A stretch of DNA of 62,280 nucleotides. Origin: a virus (taxonomy: Duplodnaviria > Caudoviricetes). The notes beneath the pieces were generated by a model. It worked only from the letters and a program-made list of their open reading frames with translations. It ran no database searches and was not told the DNA's origin. The position numbers and the translations under genes are program-made. Below, piece by piece: positions 58,560-62,280 of this stretch (its first letter is position 1; each line of letters opens with the position of its first letter). The stretch covers positions 1-62,280 of IMG/VR virus record IMGVR_UViG_3300030106_001081. One strand, 5' to 3'.

Positions 58560-59154
58560 CTTTTTCCTCGTCTAAACCTAGCTCTTTGTCCACATCTAAG
58601 GGTTCTCCGTCTATTACAACGGCGTTTTCTACATTTTCAGGTGGATTTACTAGTTTTGCGAGCTTAGAACGCAGTTTTTCACGTAGATCATCCGTAGACT
58701 GATGTGTTATGGTGACTTCAGACTTCTCTGCGAACAATCCTACGTCTGAAATTTTACCTAAAAGCTCCAAAGCACGGATTCTGACCCGTGGATCAGGGTT
58801 ATCTGTCTCCAATAATAGCTTATTTGTTACTAAATGGCGTATTTGCACCGAACTTTCGACCACAGAACGCCCAAATTCTTGCAAAATGCTGTTTGTCAGC
58901 ACCAAAGATGCGGGTGTGAGGGTTGCGAGATTCTTTTCAGAAGCTTTTTTAGAAGTTTTTTCAGGGTTATCAGCATAAGCCGTAACAAGTTTAGCTGCCA
59001 CATCTTTATCTTCCTTGGTCGGTTCCAGTTCTAAACCATGTTCTTCAAGTTCTTTAGCCGTATTTGCTGCTGCCTCTACACGATCTTTAAGGTCAACAGG
59101 AGGTTTACCCTCTGTCATAGGTACACCAAGTTCAGGTTCTACTACTATAGTCAT
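58552..59154 (-). CDS. terS: terminase small subunit (putative)
   Basis: Upstream of terL; RIRALELLGK...VGLF.EK.EV motif. Confidence 0.7.
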   Translation of the reverse strand: MTIVVEPELGVPMTEGKPPVDLKDRVEAAANTAKELEEHGLELEPTKEDKDVAAKLVTAYADNPEKTSKKASEKNLATLTPASLVLTNSILQEFGRSVVESSVQIRHLVTNKLLLETDNPDPRVRIRALELLGKISDVGLFAEKSEVTITHQSTDDLREKLRSKLAKLVNPPENVENAVVIDGEPLDVDKELGLDEEKGE

Positions 59155-59260
59155 ATCTACTCGCAGGTTGCCAACCGAATATGGTGCGTAGCTGCAAGGT
59201 AATTAGTCAACAAAATGATTCTTAAAAAATAATGTTAAAATAACACAGCCACGCAAAAAC

Positions 59261-59290
59261 ATTATATAACGCAAAAAATTTTTTTGTAAA
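59261..59290 (-). promoter_or_regulatory. sigma70-like late promoter upstream of terS
   Basis: TTTACA-N18-TATAAT on the - strand. Confidence 0.6.
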
Positions 59291-59297
59291 GTAGTTT

Positions 59298-59342
59298 GGG
59301 ACTCCAAAGGGGGGGTGTTCCTATATAGAGGGGGGTGGGGGG
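59298..59342 (+). other. G-tract cluster between the divergent arms
   Basis: GGG, G7, G6, G6 within 45 bp of an AT-rich spacer. Confidence 0.7.
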
Positions 59343-59490
59343 TCCAATCTCAGAATTTTACGATTTATTTGAGTAAATTAATATATATACACCTGCGTAT
59401 AGCTATAACAGCATAGCGGGCCATGCCCTACCCGTACCCATTAAATACCACCAAAAAACACTATATGGTAATATATTTCATCTCATACCA

Positions 59491-59519
59491 TTGTACGTGC
59501 TAACGTGTTTTGGTAGGTT
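59491..59519 (+). promoter_or_regulatory. possible early promoter
   Basis: TTGTAC-N17-TAGGTT with TGn extension. Confidence 0.4.
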
Positions 59520-59559
59520 TATCTTATCAGCAAGACAATAATGTTTTGTTGTTTTAACC

Positions 59560-59577
59560 GATAAGTAATTACTTATC
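59560..59577. repeat. early-region palindrome copy (first of the series)
   Basis: GATAAGTAATTACTTATC in the leader of the first early gene. Confidence 0.95.
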
Positions 59578-59600
59578 ACATTTTGAAAGGAAATAGCCAA

Positions 59601-60419
59601 ATGGCGAAATCAAATATAATTACTGAAGAGTTTGCGAAATCATTAGAAGAAAAGGGGATTGCAGAAATGCAAGGCTCTTTGGCAGTATATCAAGAATTAA
59701 ACTTGTTATGCGATCAATCCACTGATCCCGCAAAGGAAATTGCGAATGGGTACGACACAAACCGTAATTGGGATAAGGCTAAGACTAGGCTAAGTAAAAA
59801 AGTCTATGATAGTATTATCTTTCCTATGTTTTGCGCAATTGCTCATGGTGGTCGAAAGAGCGCGGCTTTTATAGCCATTCAAGAATTTACTGATAATTTT
59901 ACTACCTATGATAAAGATAAGATCAAAGATACTAGGTATGATAAAGTTATCGAAACTATTCATGGTAAAATGATAAGTTTGGATAGGGCGCTTGCTATGG
60001 TCGGCGACAAAAATAGAAAGTATGTCAAACGTGTTGCTGATATAGCTATGGCTAACAAAGTCGAGGCTTTTGAGGCTAAAGAAGATCAAGCTCTAGCTAA
60101 GAAGTTTGCAAGTATAGATGCTAACGAAAGTAAAACTGAAGATCAAAAGACTGATCTTAAGAATAAGGCTTTCGCAGCAAGTAAAGAAAGAGTTGCTGCA
60201 TATACTCGCAAGGCTAAAAATTCAACTAAGGATAACAATAAGTCTGACTATGCTAGTAAATTGGATAGGGCTTGGAAGGTTGTTATTGCCGAGTTAGCAA
60301 ATGTTGAAAAGTTAAATGCGAAGAGTAAGGTATTCGGGAAAGCTATGACGTGTAAGTTTGACACTCCTGAAGATCTACTTGAGCACGTTAAGTCGATCGC
60401 AACATTAACCGATAAGTAA
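59601..60419 (+). CDS. hypothetical helical early protein (272 aa)
   Basis: GAAAGGA RBS; stop TAA inside the palindrome (...LTDK*). Confidence 0.8.
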   Translation: MAKSNIITEEFAKSLEEKGIAEMQGSLAVYQELNLLCDQSTDPAKEIANGYDTNRNWDKAKTRLSKKVYDSIIFPMFCAIAHGGRKSAAFIAIQEFTDNFTTYDKDKIKDTRYDKVIETIHGKMISLDRALAMVGDKNRKYVKRVADIAMANKVEAFEAKEDQALAKKFASIDANESKTEDQKTDLKNKAFAASKERVAAYTRKAKNSTKDNNKSDYASKLDRAWKVVIAELANVEKLNAKSKVFGKAMTCKFDTPEDLLEHVKSIATLTDK

Positions 60420-60428
60420 TTACTTATC
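60411..60428. repeat. early-region palindrome copy
   Basis: GATAAGTAATTACTTATC. Confidence 0.95.
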
Positions 60429-60434
60429 AAAAAT

Positions 60435-60456
60435 GGGATGCAAGAAATTGCATCCC
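60435..60456 (+). terminator. GAAA-tetraloop hairpin without U-tract
   Basis: GGGATGCAA-GAAA-TTGCATCCC. Confidence 0.5.
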
Positions 60457-60479
60457 GACAACCCGAAAGGATAAAAACA

Positions 60480-60578
60480 ATGCAAGACGAACACGTTATG
60501 GCATGGGCAAGACTGCAGCCCAAACCAATGCCATTAATTCTAAAATTGTTATTGCAACGCAAAATTGCAAGAGATTAG
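60480..60578 (+). CDS. small peptide (32 aa)
   Basis: GAAAGGA RBS; MQDEHVMAWARLQPKPMPLILKLLLQRKIARD*. Confidence 0.5.
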   Translation: MQDEHVMAWARLQPKPMPLILKLLLQRKIARD

Positions 60579-60580
60579 AT

Positions 60581-60730
60581 ATGGGAAAGAATATCTACAA
60601 GAAAGTAATTGAAGGCGTAAAGAAAGCACGTAAATTAAAAAGGGCCGCTCGTAGATCAAAAGACTTGCGGCGGCGTTTAAAATCGATGCAAGGTTATCAT
60701 GAGCTAATTGATAGTCTTACGCCACGCTAA
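60581..60730 (+). CDS. small basic peptide (49 aa)
   Basis: ATG 2 nt after the previous stop; Arg/Lys-rich. Confidence 0.5.
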   Translation: MGKNIYKKVIEGVKKARKLKRAARRSKDLRRRLKSMQGYHELIDSLTPR

Positions 60731-60735
60731 AACTT

Positions 60736-60753
60736 TGGGAGCTACGGCTCCCA
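60736..60753 (+). terminator. cUACGg hairpin
   Basis: TGGGAGC-TACG-GCTCCCA; no U-tract. Confidence 0.5.
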
Positions 60754-60874
60754 TCGTCGCCAGTGTTCTGACTAGCGTAGCGTCTTGACGTGTCACTCTA
60801 TATTACACAATCCCCCCCGTAATCTGATAAGTGATTACTTATCGTCGCCAGTGTTCTGACTAGCGTAGCGTCTT
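60753..60874 (+). repeat. 34-bp exact direct repeat, two copies (60753..60786, 60841..60874)
   Basis: ATCGTCGCCAGTGTTCTGACTAGCGTAGCGTCTT. Confidence 0.95.
60826..60843. repeat. early-region palindrome copy (GATAAGT-GATT-ACTTATC)
   Basis: Variant centre. Confidence 0.95.
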
Positions 60875-60891
60875 AACATGTTACTATAAGT

Positions 60892-60909
60892 GATAAGTGA
60901 TTACTTATC
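60892..60909. repeat. early-region palindrome copy (GATAAGT-GATT-ACTTATC)
   Basis: Variant centre. Confidence 0.95.
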
Positions 60910-60915
60910 GAATTT

Positions 60916-61260
60916 GTAATGTTCGGTAATGTTCGGTAATGTTCGGTGAATGTTCGGTTTTTTTAGAGCAAAAACGAACAATATGTTTCGTGGTATCTAA
61001 TGGTATCTAATAGCAAGTAGTAATAAATAATATAGTAAAAATAGGTATATATATATATATATCTTATAATGTTCGTTTTCTAAAATTTATGCGGTGACAT
61101 TTTGCTTACCCCCCTAATGTTCGTTTTTCTACACTCTTCTCTCCCCCACATTTTGCCCTCTTCATAATTCCTGTAAAAAACGAACATTAGAACATTCCAA
61201 TCTTTTCAGATACTTGCAAGCCCTACTAACAGAACATTATGGAACATTACCGAACATTAC
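60916..61260. repeat. iteron-like inverted repeat array with AT-rich core (putative replication origin)
   Basis: (GTAATGTTCG)x3 plus a variant on the left, GAACATTA(C/T)x3 inverted on the right, internal TAATGTTCGTTTT/AAAACGAACA copies, (TA)8 core. Confidence 0.75.
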
Positions 61261-61315
61261 ACTAAAACACACTATTTACTAAAACATACCACTTCTAAAT
61301 CTCACAAAATAGTTC

Positions 61316-61344
61316 TTGACATTTCGTGTTATTTGTGTTATACT
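61316..61344 (+). promoter_or_regulatory. near-consensus sigma70 early promoter
   Basis: TTGACA-N17-TATACT with extended -10 TG. Confidence 0.85.
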
Positions 61345-61401
61345 GTAGGCATAATCGAAATATATCTAAAAAACAGGTCATTTACCACAGGAGAACATGT
61401 T

Positions 61402-61620
61402 ATGACACAGAAAAAACCGATAAGTAATTACTTATCAAAACCACGATGTAAGGAGTGTGGGGAAAGATACAATCCCAAGCGCAAAGCTTTGGGGTATACC
61501 ACTTGTCTAGATTGTGGATCACCTATCAAGCAATTTTGCACGGTAGTGTTTCACAAGCAAGCCCCGCAGGTCGTAACACGTTTAGAGCAACTGACCCAAA
61601 CAAACCAGAAAAACCGATAA
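61402..61620 (+). CDS. C4 zinc-finger protein, DksA/TraR-finger-like
   Basis: AGGAG RBS; CKECGE....R..LGY.TCLDC. Confidence 0.65.
   Translation: MTQKKPISNYLSKPRCKECGERYNPKRKALGYTTCLDCGSPIKQFCTVVFHKQAPQVVTRLEQLTQTNQKNR
61419..61436. repeat. early-region palindrome copy, intragenic (ISNYLSK)
   Basis: GATAAGTAATTACTTATC. Confidence 0.95.
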
Positions 61621-61633
61621 GTAATTACTTATC
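61616..61633. repeat. early-region palindrome copy, supplies the Zn-finger gene stop
   Basis: AAC CGA TAA GTAATTACTTATC. Confidence 0.95.
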
Positions 61634-61656
61634 AAAAACCAGAAAGGAGAAAGACT

Positions 61657-62250
61657 ATGAGTAAACAAAACGAAATGATGGCACAGGCACTCAAGGAGTA
61701 CATGCAAATGAGAGCCGACGATATCGCAGAGGTGTATGAGATAATGTCGATAGAAGATGTTAAGACCAGAAACGCACGGGAAGATAAATACATCGAAGAC
61801 ACACTCAATGACGTGTTCGCACGTAACATGCCAGAACTACAGGAAGAAGACATGGAGGTGGACGAGACAATATACCACCCAAGTGCAGAACCAAAGCCAT
61901 TCGTAAAACCACGAACTATAGAAGAAGTAAACAAACTGAAGGGAGAAACCAAAAGAAAAAAGAAGAGTATCCTTGTGTTGATGGACAAGTTACACCCACG
62001 AACTCAAGAGTATATCAAATGGGTGTTTAAATATGGGGTGGGTATTTTAATTCCAAATGACAGTCCCGAAATGAAACGTAATTGTATTGAAACTGCATTA
62101 CGGTTTGAGCAAAGCACAGGCAAAACATATGCCCCAAGTGAGCCTTGGATTAATGAACTTAACAGAGCGATAGATGCACAATACGGCAGTATTGCAGAAA
62201 GAAAAAGAAAATTTAAACTAAACAAACCAAAGGGAGAAACCAATGAGTAA
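61657..62250 (+). CDS. hypothetical early protein (197 aa)
   Basis: AAAGGAG RBS; acidic N-half, basic C-half. Confidence 0.8.
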   Translation: MSKQNEMMAQALKEYMQMRADDIAEVYEIMSIEDVKTRNAREDKYIEDTLNDVFARNMPELQEEDMEVDETIYHPSAEPKPFVKPRTIEEVNKLKGETKRKKKSILVLMDKLHPRTQEYIKWVFKYGVGILIPNDSPEMKRNCIETALRFEQSTGKTYAPSEPWINELNRAIDAQYGSIAERKRKFKLNKPKGETNE

Positions 62251-62280
62251 AGCAAAAGTAATATGGAGCATCGAAAAAGA
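62243..62280 (+). CDS. 5' part of a hypothetical gene running off the window end (likely joins 3..188)
   Basis: AAGGGAG RBS + MSKAKVIWSIEK... Confidence 0.55.
   Translation, partial: MSKAKVIWSIEK

Noticed and set aside
59560-59577. Palindrome as a Fur box, dif, loxP or parS site
   Set aside because: It shares GATAA/TTATC with the Fur box, but spacing and core differ from GATAATGATAATCATTATC; it does not match the other consensus sequences as I know them
60753-60909. Mini-CRISPR array (34-bp repeats, with a Cas4-like gene elsewhere)
   Set aside because: Only two repeats, the 54-nt spacer itself contains the recurring palindrome, and there is no cas operon; Cas4-like nucleases are routine phage replication genes

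Overview
The window looks like an essentially complete, circularly permuted ~62.3-kb genome of a tailed dsDNA phage, probably a podovirus-like phage of aquatic Gram-negative bacteria (host not determinable from the sequence). It has two converging arms. The + arm runs 59.6 kb -> end -> 1 -> 17.4 kb and carries early genes, a DUF3150-like/MoxR-AAA/vWA-metallopeptidase trio, VRR-NUC, a SleB-type hydrolase, family A DNA polymerase, a Cas4-like nuclease, SNF2 helicase, SSB and primase-helicase. The - arm runs 59.2 kb -> 17.4 kb and carries TerS/TerL, portal, GroES, scaffold, major capsid, a cluster of small basic proteins, adaptors, tail fibres, holin/GH108 lysin and large ejection proteins. I saw no integrase, RNA polymerase, tRNA or CRISPR array. 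The most striking unexplained feature is an 18-bp palindrome, GATAAGT-N4-ACTTATC, found 10 times and only in the early region. It sits mostly at gene junctions, supplies the stop codon of three genes and is translated as ISNYLSK inside two. Other highlights are an iteron-like inverted-repeat origin candidate, a structured intergenic RNA candidate (6552-6761), an R-S-E ADP-ribosyltransferase-like plus HExxH protease module in the 2371-aa virion protein, a shared xxGG motif and a capsid-like N-terminus in the small basic late proteins, and a start-less Zn-ribbon ORF behind the holin. All family assignments come from motif recognition by eye, not from database searches.
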